From contig CABYYE010000004.1 of NCBI GenBank assembly GCA_902523095.1, positions 426 to 64,425 of the forward strand: a DNA stretch of 64,000 nucleotides, given 5' to 3'. Source of the stretch: an uncultured Pelagibacteraceae bacterium (lineage in GTDB: Bacteria; Pseudomonadota; Alphaproteobacteria; Pelagibacterales; Pelagibacteraceae). The notes under the pieces were generated by a model that made no database searches, was not told the origin of the DNA, and was given only the letters and a program-made list of their open reading frames with translations. The translations under genes and the position numbers were made by a program. Positions 10,765 to 21,299 of this stretch are shown in pieces. Position 1 is the stretch's first letter, and every line of letters begins with the position of its first letter.

Positions 10765-11760
10765 ATGTCAAATGTTATAGAAAGTCTAAAAAAAGGCCAA
10801 AACCTCTCAATAGAAGAAAGTAAGGAGCTTTTTAAAGGGCTAATGGAGGGGAAGCATGACGAGAATTCAATAATAGAAATATTAGAATCTTTTTTAAAAA
10901 AAGGAGAAACTAAAGATGAGCTAGCAGGAGGAATTTACGTGCTTAGAGAAAAAGCAACTAAAGTTAAAACGGACCATAATACCATTGATACTTGTGGAAC
11001 TGGAGGTGATGGTCAAAATTCTTTAAATATCTCTACTGCAGCAGCAATTGTTTTAGCAAGTATGGGGGTAAAAGTTGCTAAACACGGTAATAAAGCAGTA
11101 TCCTCAAACTGTGGTTCAGCTGATGTGCTGGAAGCCCTTAGAATTAATATAAACTTAAAACCTAATGAGGTAGAAGAAAGTATAAAAAAATTTAATTTTG
11201 CTTTTATGTTTGCTCCTAATTATCACTCAGCTATGAAATATGTGGGATCTGCTAGAAAGAAAATGGGGAAGAAAACAATCTTTAATTTAATTGGACCTCT
11301 TAGCAGCCCTGCACAAGTTAAAAGACAAGTGGTAGGAGTATTTGACAAAAAATGGATGAAACCATTTGCGGAAGCGTTAAAAGAAAACAATGTTATTCAT
11401 GCGTTTATCGTCCATAGCAATGATGGTATGGATGAAATCTCTCCGTTTGATAAAACAAATGTAGTAGAGCTTAAAAACGGTATAATTAACGAGTTCATAA
11501 TTGATCCAAATAAACTTGGGATAAATTCTAACAACAAAGAAAATTTGAAAGGAAAAAATGCAGATTATAACTCTAAAAAAATTATTGAAATCTATAAAGG
11601 AAAAAACAATGAATTTTCTCAGTCTGTAGCTCTTAATGTTGCTGCCGGGTTAATTGTTTCTGGTAAAGAAAATGATTTTAAAAAAGCTTTTGAAAATGCT
11701 ACAAATCATTTGAATTCGGGAAATGTATTTAAACACTTATCTAAAATTCAATCTAATTAA
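10765..11760 (+). CDS. trpD: Anthranilate phosphoribosyltransferase
   Basis: DTCGTGGDG, NISTA, KHGNKAVSS..GSAD, GMDE. Confidence 0.96.
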   Translation: MSNVIESLKKGQNLSIEESKELFKGLMEGKHDENSIIEILESFLKKGETKDELAGGIYVLREKATKVKTDHNTIDTCGTGGDGQNSLNISTAAAIVLASMGVKVAKHGNKAVSSNCGSADVLEALRININLKPNEVEESIKKFNFAFMFAPNYHSAMKYVGSARKKMGKKTIFNLIGPLSSPAQVKRQVVGVFDKKWMKPFAEALKENNVIHAFIVHSNDGMDEISPFDKTNVVELKNGIINEFIIDPNKLGINSNNKENLKGKNADYNSKKIIEIYKGKNNEFSQSVALNVAAGLIVSGKENDFKKAFENATNHLNSGNVFKHLSKIQSN

Positions 11761-12551
11761 TGACCAATATTTTAGAAAAAATCATAAGCGATAAAAAACA
11801 GTCTATAGAATTAATTAAGAAAGAAAAACCTTTAGATGTTTTAGAAAAGAATATAAAGGAACAGAATTTTTATAATTTTAAAGAAGCAATTCAAAAAAAC
11901 AAAGGTGTTTCCTTAATTTCAGAAATAAAAAAAGCAAGTCCGTCTGCTGGCACTCTTGTTAATAATTTCAATCATTTGGATATAGCGAAAATGTACATAG
12001 AGAATGGTGCTACTTGTCTTTCAGTATTGACAGAAGAAAAATATTTTTTAGGTAAATTAGAGTATATTCGAGATATTAAAAAAAAATTCCAAATACCTAT
12101 CCTGGCAAAAGACTTTTTTATTGATCCTTATCAAATATCTTTATCCAAAAGCTATGGATGTGATTGTATATTAATAATAATTGCCGCTCTTAACGAAACC
12201 CAAGCTGATGAAATATATTCTGAGGCTTTAAAGCATAATTTGTCAGTAATAGTGGAAGTGCATGATTTAAAAGAAGCTGAAATGGCTTTAAAATATGATC
12301 AAGCTTTAATTGGAATTAATAATAGAAATTTAAAAACACTTGAATTATCTATAAATAATACAATTTCAATCTTTGAAGTTATAAAAACACATAAAAGTCC
12401 TCTTTTATATGAAAGTGGTATCAAAAATGAAAATGATGCAAAATATATTTACGAGAAAACTGGAATTAAAAATTTTCTAATTGGAGAATCACTTTTAAAA
12501 TCTAGCAATCCGGGTGAATTAATGAAAAAATTTATTCAAATAATTCAATAA
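11760..12551 (+). CDS. trpC: Indole-3-glycerol phosphate synthase
   Basis: EIKKASPS, SVLTE, KDF, VEVH, GINNRNL, ESGI, LIGESL. Confidence 0.96.
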   Translation: MTNILEKIISDKKQSIELIKKEKPLDVLEKNIKEQNFYNFKEAIQKNKGVSLISEIKKASPSAGTLVNNFNHLDIAKMYIENGATCLSVLTEEKYFLGKLEYIRDIKKKFQIPILAKDFFIDPYQISLSKSYGCDCILIIIAALNETQADEIYSEALKHNLSVIVEVHDLKEAEMALKYDQALIGINNRNLKTLELSINNTISIFEVIKTHKSPLLYESGIKNENDAKYIYEKTGIKNFLIGESLLKSSNPGELMKKFIQIIQ

Positions 12552-12584
12552 ATTAGGGCTTTTTTTAAAGTTGTAATTGTAAAA

Positions 12585-12620
12585 GAACTTTTATAGAACA
12601 TATGTGTACGAGGTTTGTTC
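12585..12620. promoter_or_regulatory. Alphaproteobacterial LexA (SOS) boxes: GAAC-N7-GAAC (12585-12599) and GTAC-N7-GTTC (12606-12620)
   Basis: gaac ttttata gaac and gtac gaggttt gttc lie immediately upstream of the lexA ATG (12622); they overlap a TTGTAA-N17-TAGAAC promoter-like element. Confidence 0.85.
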
Positions 12621-12621
12621 T

Positions 12622-13296
12622 ATGCTTACAAAAAAACAAAAAAATCTGTTAATCTTTATTAACAAAAAAATTAGATCTACTGGAATATCGCCATCTTACG
12701 AAGAGATGAAAAATTCACTCAACCTTAAGTCGAAATCAGGAATACATAGACTTATTTCAGCTTTAGAGGAGAGAGGATTTGTTAAAAGACTGGCTCATAA
12801 AGCAAGGGCATTAGAAGTTGTAAAACTTCCAGAAAATGCAAGTGCGAACGACATCTTTAATACGTTCACTCCAAGCGTTATTAAAGGTGGATTAGATAAA
12901 AATGACAATAAGTCCACGAATGTTTCAATTTTAGGAAATATTGCAGCCGGAACTCCTATTGAAGCAATTCAACAAGAAGTTGATAGTGTTACTCTCCCAG
13001 AAGACTTACAAAATAATGGTGAACATTATGGATTAAAAGTTGAAGGTGACTCAATGGTTGAAGCTGGAATTTCAGATGGTGACACAGTAATAGTGAAAAA
13101 AACTTCGGATGTAGAAAATGGTCAAATTGCAGTAGTGCTAATTGATGATCAAGAAGCTACGTTAAAGAGAGTAAGAAAAAAAGGCAATACTATTGCACTT
13201 GAAGCTGCAAACCGAAACTACGGTACAAAAATTTACGCTGCGAATAGAATAAAAATTCAAGGTAAACTTGTTTCTTTATATAGAAACTTTCATTAA
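12622..13296 (+). CDS. lexA: LexA transcriptional repressor
   Basis: MLTKKQ start (ATG 12622), PSYEEM...SKSGIHRLI..LEERG, AAG cleavage site, GDSM, TLK. Confidence 0.97.
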   Translation: MLTKKQKNLLIFINKKIRSTGISPSYEEMKNSLNLKSKSGIHRLISALEERGFVKRLAHKARALEVVKLPENASANDIFNTFTPSVIKGGLDKNDNKSTNVSILGNIAAGTPIEAIQQEVDSVTLPEDLQNNGEHYGLKVEGDSMVEAGISDGDTVIVKKTSDVENGQIAVVLIDDQEATLKRVRKKGNTIALEAANRNYGTKIYAANRIKIQGKLVSLYRNFH

Positions 13297-13315
13297 AATA
13301 GTCTAATTAATATTA

Positions 13316-14707
13316 ATGTCTTTTAATTGCAGGTTCGCGCCCTCTCCTACTGGACCGCTACATATTGGGGGTGTCCGAACAGCCCTATTTAATTGGTTGC
13401 TTGCCAAAAAAAATAAAGGTAAATATTTTTTAAGGATTGAAGATACAGATAAAGAAAGATCTAAAGATAAGTTTAAACAACAAATCATTAATTCTTTATC
13501 TTGGCTTGGTATTGAACATGACGGTAATGAATACATTCAATCAAATAATATTTCGAAGCACATAGCAGTTGCTGAAAATCTTTTGAAAAAGGGATTTGCT
13601 TATCAATGTTATTGCTCTGAAGAAGAGATTAATGAACAAAAAGAAAAATGTAAAAAACAAGGTATGCCTTATGTTTATAATAGAAAATGGAGAGATGCTA
13701 AAGATCTAAAAATTCCAGAGGGTGTAAAACCTGTTGTAAGATTTAAAAGTAAAATCTCAGGAAATACAATTATTAAAGATTTAGTGCAAGGAGAAAGAAA
13801 TATTTCAAATTCTACGATTGAAGATTTCGTAATATTAAGACAAGATAATACTCCAACATACCAGTTATCAGCTACTGTTGATGATCATGAAATGAAGATT
13901 ACCCATGTTATTAGAGGTGATGATCATATGATAAACTCATTTAAACAAAAACAAATTTATGATGCCATGGGATGGGAAGTTCCATATTTTGCACACATAC
14001 CTTTAATTCATAGTGAGCAAGGTAAAAAGCTTTCAAAAAGAGATAATGCTTCCACATTAGAGGATTATATTAAAATTGGAATTCTTGCTGATGCTTTAAG
14101 AAATTATCTTTTAAGATTAGGATGGTCTTATAAAGATAAAGAGATATTTACAAAACAAGAAAGTATTGATCTATTTGATTTAAATGGCGTAGGTAAATCA
14201 CCCTCAAAACTAGATTTGTCTAGAATATACTCAATAAATGAGACGTATATAAAAACTATTGAAGAGGCAAATTTATTTATTTTTTTTAAAGAGTATGTCT
14301 CAAAATACAAAAAACCTATTAATAAATCAAAAGACGCTATTCTTTTGAAATCTATGGCTTTTTTGAAAAATAAAGCAAAAACCTTAGAGGATATCTGGAA
14401 TAATTCTCAATATATCATCAATGATAAAATTGAAATAGGAACAGAAGATAAAAAACTTATCGATGACATGTCAAAAAAAATTATTGTAGATTTCATTGCT
14501 GAATATGAAAAAATTACCTCTCTATCTAGAGAAACTTTAGAACCGATGATTAAATCACTAATAGATAAACATAAAACTAATTTTAAAGGGGTGGGTCAGC
14601 CGATCAGAATAGCTTTGGTTGGTTCTAGATTTGGTCCAGGTTTGTATGATGTAATTTTATCTTTAGAAAAATCTGAAGTAACTAAAAGATTAAAGAATAT
14701 TTTATAA
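13316..14707 (+). CDS. gltX: Glutamate--tRNA ligase
   Basis: RFAPSPTG.LHIGG, RIEDTD, THVIRGDD, KLSKR. Confidence 0.97.
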   Translation: MSFNCRFAPSPTGPLHIGGVRTALFNWLLAKKNKGKYFLRIEDTDKERSKDKFKQQIINSLSWLGIEHDGNEYIQSNNISKHIAVAENLLKKGFAYQCYCSEEEINEQKEKCKKQGMPYVYNRKWRDAKDLKIPEGVKPVVRFKSKISGNTIIKDLVQGERNISNSTIEDFVILRQDNTPTYQLSATVDDHEMKITHVIRGDDHMINSFKQKQIYDAMGWEVPYFAHIPLIHSEQGKKLSKRDNASTLEDYIKIGILADALRNYLLRLGWSYKDKEIFTKQESIDLFDLNGVGKSPSKLDLSRIYSINETYIKTIEEANLFIFFKEYVSKYKKPINKSKDAILLKSMAFLKNKAKTLEDIWNNSQYIINDKIEIGTEDKKLIDDMSKKIIVDFIAEYEKITSLSRETLEPMIKSLIDKHKTNFKGVGQPIRIALVGSRFGPGLYDVILSLEKSEVTKRLKNIL

Positions 14708-15385
14708 TTTAACAGTAGATTTTGTGTAATAACAAAGTGAACAATTATCTGAAAAAGGCGGCGTTGTATCTTGTTCTAATAAATCAATTAAATTGGTAAT
14801 ATATTCATAAAAACCTTTTTCATCTCTTTTTAATGGAGAGAAAGAAACTTTAAATTGCATATTATGATCTCTGTTTGTATGTGAAATAATCTTACTTGGT
14901 TCAAACTGTAAAATTCCCACATGTGTAATTGGGGTCAACTTTGGAGTTTTAGATGATTTTAAAGATCCAGGATTTGTAAAAATTTGAGCGTAAGCCTCCA
15001 GCTGATACCGATAATTTTCTGATTTATCTTTCTTAATGTTTGTAGTTTTAAAATCATAAATAGCATAACCACCATCTTTCAATTTAACCACAATATCTGG
15101 AATTCCATTTAATTTAAATTTTCTATCCTTTTTATCAACTAAACCCTCTGAGGTTATTTTTCCAGGTAATTCATTTTTATCAAGAAAAACTCCATCTGGT
15201 AAATCATCACACCATTCTTTTGAATTTATATTCTTATAGTATGGTTTTTGATTAGCATCTAAACTTGAAAAAACAGGTGGCGGCCTTCCACCATCTGTCA
15301 ATTTAAATTTTTTATTGATATAATAGCACCTCTGACATTTTTTTGGCTGATAGTCTAATTCTGATGGAGAAAAGTTATATTCCAT
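14702..15385 (-). CDS. PD-(D/E)XK (RecB/Cas4-like) nuclease family protein
   Basis: FSPS, GIPD, YDFKT, QLEAY motifs; CxxC at both ends (CQRC, CSLC). Confidence 0.82.
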   Translation of the reverse strand: MEYNFSPSELDYQPKKCQRCYYINKKFKLTDGGRPPPVFSSLDANQKPYYKNINSKEWCDDLPDGVFLDKNELPGKITSEGLVDKKDRKFKLNGIPDIVVKLKDGGYAIYDFKTTNIKKDKSENYRYQLEAYAQIFTNPGSLKSSKTPKLTPITHVGILQFEPSKIISHTNRDHNMQFKVSFSPLKRDEKGFYEYITNLIDLLEQDTTPPFSDNCSLCYYTKSTVKL

Positions 15386-15430
15386 ATAGATTAACTTACT
15401 TTATTTTATTGATGTTTTTAAGAAATATTA

Positions 15431-16078
<648 letters not shown>

Positions 16079-16157
16079 AGAATCACTATATTTTATTAAT
16101 AATTAAATTCTATAATATTATCTAAGCAATATGTACGATTTGGGATGTTGTGGATAT

Positions 16158-17084
16158 TTAATTTTTTAATGCTGATAAATGAAACTTAATGCTTTCCGAT
16201 AAAGCTAATAAATCATAGCCTCCCTCTAAAAAAGAAATAACTTTTCCATGGCAATGAGTATTGGCTAAATCAACAATATTTTTTGTAATCTCATAAAAAT
16301 CCTTAGATTCTAAATTTATACTTGCGAGAGGATCTCTAGTATGAGCATCAAAACCAGCAGATATCAATATTATTTCTGGTTTAAACTTATTAATTGGGTT
16401 TAAAATTTTTTGTTCAAATATTTTTATAAACTCTATTCCGCTTGTACCCGATTTTAAAGGAGCGTTAAATATATTACCTACACCTTTTTCCTCCTCTAAT
16501 CCAGTTCCAGGAAATAAAGGAAACTCATGAGAAGATCCATAAACTACACTTTCATCCTTATAAAAAATCTCTTGTGTGCCGTTTCCATGATGAACATCAA
16601 AGTCTATAATGGCAATTTTCTTTATTTCATATTTTTTTTGCAAATACCTAGCAGTTACTGCAATATTATTAATAAAACAGAAGCCCATAGCTTTAAGTGT
16701 TTCTGCATGATGTCCGGGAGGCCTTATAGCACAAAAAATTCTATCATTTGTTTTCATTAAGTCATCTGCAGCCGCGATTCCTGCTCCACATGATCTTAAG
16801 ATAGCATTTTTACTATTTGGACAAAGCATTGTGTCTGCATAAGGTTCCTTTTCAACTCCAATTAGTCCTTTCGTAGGTATATTAGAAAAAATTTTTTCAA
16901 TATATTTTTTTGGATGAACTAAAGACACTATATCTGTGCTTGCAATTGGAGCATCTTTATAATCTACATGAAATTCTTTTATTTTTTTTATAGAGTCTAA
17001 AATACTCGTTATTCTCTCTTTTCGTTCAGGATGATTTTGTCCATTATCTTTAAGTAAACATTCAGGATGTTTATAAACAATCAT
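16158..17084 (-). CDS. Histone deacetylase family Zn amidohydrolase (AcuC/AphA-like)
   Basis: HPE, RPPGHHA, GFC..NN, DFDVHHGNGTQ, SAGFDAH, LEGGY all intact. Confidence 0.93.
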   Translation of the reverse strand: MIVYKHPECLLKDNGQNHPERKERITSILDSIKKIKEFHVDYKDAPIASTDIVSLVHPKKYIEKIFSNIPTKGLIGVEKEPYADTMLCPNSKNAILRSCGAGIAAADDLMKTNDRIFCAIRPPGHHAETLKAMGFCFINNIAVTARYLQKKYEIKKIAIIDFDVHHGNGTQEIFYKDESVVYGSSHEFPLFPGTGLEEEKGVGNIFNAPLKSGTSGIEFIKIFEQKILNPINKFKPEIILISAGFDAHTRDPLASINLESKDFYEITKNIVDLANTHCHGKVISFLEGGYDLLALSESIKFHLSALKN

Positions 17085-18214
17085 TATAAGAACCGATTTA
17101 GTGTTAAGCTAGCTAATTCGGAAGATGATCTTTCTATTTTTAATTTTTTTAAAACTTCATCAACTTTTTTTAGTTGTCTCTTGATTTGATTTGGATTGTC
17201 TAGAAAATCACTAACATAATTAAAAATATTTTCAGAATTACACTTAGATTGTATTAACTCAGGTATAATTTCTTCATTAGCTGTAAAATTTATAATATTT
17301 GCGTATTTTGTCTTTACTAAAATTTTTATTAATAAAAAATTAAAAAAACCCATTTTATAAATAATTACAGAAGGAATTTTAGCATTACATACTTCGAGAG
17401 AAACTGTTCCGGATTTCGCCACAGCAAAAATAGATTTTTTCAATAAGTGTAATTTTATTTTATCATCACTTACCACTTCACAATTATATAAATTTTTTTT
17501 CTTAATTAATGATTTAATAAATTGAGAATATTCTTTTGTTGAATGAAAGATAAAAGTTATATCTGAGAATTTTTTATTCATTAAAATTATAAAATTTAAT
17601 AAAATTGGCATCAGTACACTAATTTCAGATTTTCTACTTCCTGCAAAAACTGAAATAATAGCTTTATTTTTTCCAATTACTTGATTGATATCAATTTTAG
17701 TTTGCTCAATTGGTTGTAGAAGTGGATGCCCAACAAATGTATAACTCATATTTTCTTTCTTGAAGTATTTTTGTTCAAAACTAAATAATAATAATATGTG
17801 ATCAATATATTTTTTAATTTTCTTAACTCTTCCCTCTCTCCAAACCCAAACTTGAGGAGCTACATAATGTATTGTTTTAATTTTTGGATTTAATTTTTTA
17901 ATTTTTTCAGCTACCCTTAAAGTAAAATCAGGACTATCAACAGTAAACAGTATATCTGGATTAAATTCTACAATCGCTTTAGCTGTCTCATTAATCTTTT
18001 TATTTATTTTAAATAAATTTATTAAAACGCTTGTAAAGCCTAAATAAGTAATCTCTTTTAAATCATATATAGACTTAATTCCTAAAGACTGGAGATTTTC
18101 TCCCCCTACAGATAAATATTCCAAATCTTTATTAATTTTTTTTAAATTACCTATTACTTTTGAGGCAAGCTTGTCTCCCGATGCTTCACCTGTAAGTATA
18201 AAAATTTTTTTCAT
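17084..18214 (-). CDS. lpxB: Lipid-A-disaccharide synthase
   Basis: GEASGD, DSPDF, HYVAPQVWVWR, VGHPL, GSR.SE, SGTVSLE. Confidence 0.96.
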   Translation of the reverse strand: MKKIFILTGEASGDKLASKVIGNLKKINKDLEYLSVGGENLQSLGIKSIYDLKEITYLGFTSVLINLFKINKKINETAKAIVEFNPDILFTVDSPDFTLRVAEKIKKLNPKIKTIHYVAPQVWVWREGRVKKIKKYIDHILLLFSFEQKYFKKENMSYTFVGHPLLQPIEQTKIDINQVIGKNKAIISVFAGSRKSEISVLMPILLNFIILMNKKFSDITFIFHSTKEYSQFIKSLIKKKNLYNCEVVSDDKIKLHLLKKSIFAVAKSGTVSLEVCNAKIPSVIIYKMGFFNFLLIKILVKTKYANIINFTANEEIIPELIQSKCNSENIFNYVSDFLDNPNQIKRQLKKVDEVLKKLKIERSSSELASLTLNRFL

Positions 18215-19272
18215 TTATATACTCTCCAAAGATCACCATTGTCTGATATCATATAAAGATCCCCAGTTTCGTTTTGTATCTTAATGTCCCTGATCCTTCC
18301 TATATTACCTTTGAAAATAATTTCTTCTTTTAAAAATTTATTTTTTTTAAAAGTAATTTTTCGGAGGGATTGGTCTTTAAGAGACGTGACTAAAGCATCA
18401 CCATTCCATTCCTTAAATGTATCTCCTTTGTAAATAGTCATTGCACTTACAGCTATTGAAGGAACCCAATATTTTATAGCTTTTGTAAATCCCGGTTTCC
18501 ATTTAGGTCCAATTTTTGTTCCAGTATAGTTTGTTCCACCCCAACCTAAGATTTTCCAACCATAATTTTCACCAAAATTTGCTTTTCCAAACCAATCTCC
18601 TCCTTTCGCTCCATGATTTGTTAAATAAATATTATTATCAAATGGAGAAAGAGCCATGCCTTGAGGATTTCGAACCCCTATTAAAAAAATTTCTGGTAAC
18701 CAACTAGAATTATTTTTAAATTTTGGATTATCAAAAGGAATAGTTCCATCGAGATTAATCCTTATTATGCTTCCAGGATGTTTTGTATAATCTTGAGCAA
18801 TCATACCTTGGCCACGTTCGCCTGCTGTTGCATATAAATGTTTATCTTTAATTACTAATCTAGATCCAAAATGATAGCCAGATTCAATAGGTGGTTCAGC
18901 TCTAAAAATATTTTTAAATTTTATATTTTGTTTGTTAAATGTTCCTTTAGCAACTGAAGTACTAGTTTTCCGATTACCTCTATTTTCTGAATAAGAAACG
19001 TAAATTTCATTATTGTGATAAACCACATCTAATAAACCTCCCTGGCCTAAACTAATAATAGACAGATTATGTTGAATTTCATTCATATCTTTTTTTGCAA
19101 GATCTAAAAAAATTAGTTTACCAGTTTTTTCAGTAACTATTATAGTTTCTCTATCAATAAATGATAAACTCCAAGGTTTGTTAAAATTAGAAAATATTTT
19201 CTCAAATTTAATTTCAGATGCCAACAAAGATGGAAAAGAGAATATATAAAAAAATAAAATTAATTTTTTCAT
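18211..19272 (-). CDS. PQQ-dependent sugar dehydrogenase (soluble aldose/glucose-sorbosone dehydrogenase, YliI-like)
   Basis: Signal peptide, PWSL.F, GQGGLLD, HFGSRL, GER, RNPQG, NYGW, GRIRD. Confidence 0.9.
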   Translation of the reverse strand: MKKLILFFYIFSFPSLLASEIKFEKIFSNFNKPWSLSFIDRETIIVTEKTGKLIFLDLAKKDMNEIQHNLSIISLGQGGLLDVVYHNNEIYVSYSENRGNRKTSTSVAKGTFNKQNIKFKNIFRAEPPIESGYHFGSRLVIKDKHLYATAGERGQGMIAQDYTKHPGSIIRINLDGTIPFDNPKFKNNSSWLPEIFLIGVRNPQGMALSPFDNNIYLTNHGAKGGDWFGKANFGENYGWKILGWGGTNYTGTKIGPKWKPGFTKAIKYWVPSIAVSAMTIYKGDTFKEWNGDALVTSLKDQSLRKITFKKNKFLKEEIIFKGNIGRIRDIKIQNETGDLYMISDNGDLWRVYK

Positions 19273-20060
19273 TGTACGACTATAAACATTTTATTTTTAT
19301 TAGCATAATCAATGCATTTTTTTTGTTCTAAACAAACATGTTGTTTTTTTTTTAAAACTAATCCCTTGAGACCGGCTACTTTACATTGAATTAAAGTTTT
19401 TAACCCAATAGTAGGTAAATCAATCCTCAAATCTTGTTTTTTTTTAGGAAATTTTACCAATACTCCCCTATTATTATTTTTTTTACCTCTAAATTTCTTT
19501 AACATTTTTTGAGTGCCATCATTACCTTCTATAGCTATTACTTTTTTGTTTCTTACAATTGTGCCTTGACTAAAATCATATTTTTTTAATCTACTAAGAG
19601 TTGAGATGGCAATTTTAATATCCAATTTGTCTGCATAATTTGGTTTAATTTTTGTATTAATACCTCTTTTTAGAATTAATTCAGGGTTAAAAAATAATGA
19701 ATTAATTGTAGAAATCTTTTCTTTGTTGAAAATATTTATTATTTCTTTCAATATAGCTGCATCTCCAAGTTTAGATCTTTTTATTATTCTAGGCATGTAA
19801 TATATGCCTTTCATATCTAAACGAATTTTAGAAAACTTAGGTTTTTTTACTTTACCGGCAAATAAAACTTTCTTACAATTATTATCTTTTAAAATATTAA
19901 TTATTTTCCCAAATTGCCCTAAAGAGACTGAATATGATTTTTTGTCTTTTTTAAAATTCTTGTTTTTTGTAAGATCTATTATTAAATAATTTTCTCTTTT
20001 TTTGACTTTTTTTAATATTTCTTTTGGAAAATCTGTTTCTCCAAATATAAGACCGATCAT
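19269..20060 (-). CDS. lpxI: UDP-2,3-diacylglucosamine diphosphatase LpxI
   Basis: AG.V.KP, IE..DGT, K.PK..QDLRIDLPTIG..T; follows lpxA. Confidence 0.9.
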   Translation of the reverse strand: MIGLIFGETDFPKEILKKVKKRENYLIIDLTKNKNFKKDKKSYSVSLGQFGKIINILKDNNCKKVLFAGKVKKPKFSKIRLDMKGIYYMPRIIKRSKLGDAAILKEIINIFNKEKISTINSLFFNPELILKRGINTKIKPNYADKLDIKIAISTLSRLKKYDFSQGTIVRNKKVIAIEGNDGTQKMLKKFRGKKNNNRGVLVKFPKKKQDLRIDLPTIGLKTLIQCKVAGLKGLVLKKKQHVCLEQKKCIDYANKNKMFIVVQ

Positions 20061-20067
20061 AATAATT

Positions 20068-20847
20068 TTAGTTTTGCGGTGAACAAATAGGTCTTTTTTT
20101 ATCTTTTTCTATAAATGTAATTACTTCATTGACTAACTCATTCCCCTTATACTCACCATTAATTTTTCCTAAATTTTCATGTAAATTTTTTGAAGCAAAT
20201 ATTTCTTTATACGCTTTATCTAAACCAATAATTTTTTGATTTTCATATTTTTGTCGTCTTAATCCAATGAGATTTAATCCTTGTAAATAATTTCTATTTC
20301 CTATTGATAGACCAAAAGGTATTACATCTTTCAACACCCCTGTCATTCCACCTATCATAGCCAACCTTCCGATTCTAGTAAACTGCTGCACAGCTGAATT
20401 ACCTCCAATAACAACTGAATCTTCGATAGTGACATGTCCTCCTAGGGGAACGTTATTTGCAATGATTACTTTATTTCCAATTTTACAATCATGCGCTATA
20501 TGAGATGAAATCATAAATAAACAATTATCACCAATTAATGTTTTTGAACCACCTCCTTCTGTGCCTGGGTTAATGGTTACATACTCTCTTATCAAGTTAT
20601 CTTTTCCAATTTCTAAACTATTTTTTTCACCTTTATATTTTAAGTCTTGGGGTTGAGTTCCGATACTTGCAAACGGAAAAATTTTCGTATTTTTACCAAT
20701 TTTTGTATTACCTTCGATATGAACATTGGATATCAATTCAACATTTTCATCAAGAAAAACATTGGGCCCAACAAAACAAAAGGGTCCAATTTTTACATTT
20801 TTTGATATTTTAGCTTTAGAATCTATTACACTCGAATTATGTATCAT
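20068..20847 (-). CDS. lpxA: UDP-N-acetylglucosamine acyltransferase
   Basis: Hexapeptide repeats, PQDLKY, IREYVTIN.GT, HIAHDC, GLN.IGLRR. Confidence 0.96.
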   Translation of the reverse strand: MIHNSSVIDSKAKISKNVKIGPFCFVGPNVFLDENVELISNVHIEGNTKIGKNTKIFPFASIGTQPQDLKYKGEKNSLEIGKDNLIREYVTINPGTEGGGSKTLIGDNCLFMISSHIAHDCKIGNKVIIANNVPLGGHVTIEDSVVIGGNSAVQQFTRIGRLAMIGGMTGVLKDVIPFGLSIGNRNYLQGLNLIGLRRQKYENQKIIGLDKAYKEIFASKNLHENLGKINGEYKGNELVNEVITFIEKDKKRPICSPQN

Positions 20848-21299
20848 TATTTTCTATCTACTATTGTTGCAGACCACTCTGCATCTGCCATTCTTTTTTC
20901 ATTAACTTTGGCAGTACCTTTATATTTCCAAACTCTACCATGAGATCTTACAGCCTCAATTTCTAAATGTAGTTCACAATCAGGAATTACTGGATTTCTA
21001 AACCTAGCTTTTTCTACACTCATTAAATAAACGAGTTTGTTCGCATATTCTTTAGGATCTATCCCGTGAGCCGTTAAAGCAGCAGCGGCTTGTCCGAAAG
21101 CTTCTACTATTAGAACTCCTGGCATGACTGGTTGTCCTGGAAAATGTCCTTGAACATAAAAAGCATCTTTTTTTACATTCATAATTGCTGTTGCAGATTT
21201 TAATGGCACTATCTTTATTAATTTATCTATTAATAACATAGGCTCCCTATGCGGCAGTAAACTTTCGATTTTTTTTTTATCAATCTCGGTTTCACTCAT
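20847..21299 (-). CDS. fabZ: 3-hydroxyacyl-ACP dehydratase
   Basis: LPHR.PMLLID, GHFP..PVMPGVLIVEA; start placed at the ATG overlapping the lpxD stop. Confidence 0.95.
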   Translation of the reverse strand: MSETEIDKKKIESLLPHREPMLLIDKLIKIVPLKSATAIMNVKKDAFYVQGHFPGQPVMPGVLIVEAFGQAAAALTAHGIDPKEYANKLVYLMSVEKARFRNPVIPDCELHLEIEAVRSHGRVWKYKGTAKVNEKRMADAEWSATIVDRK

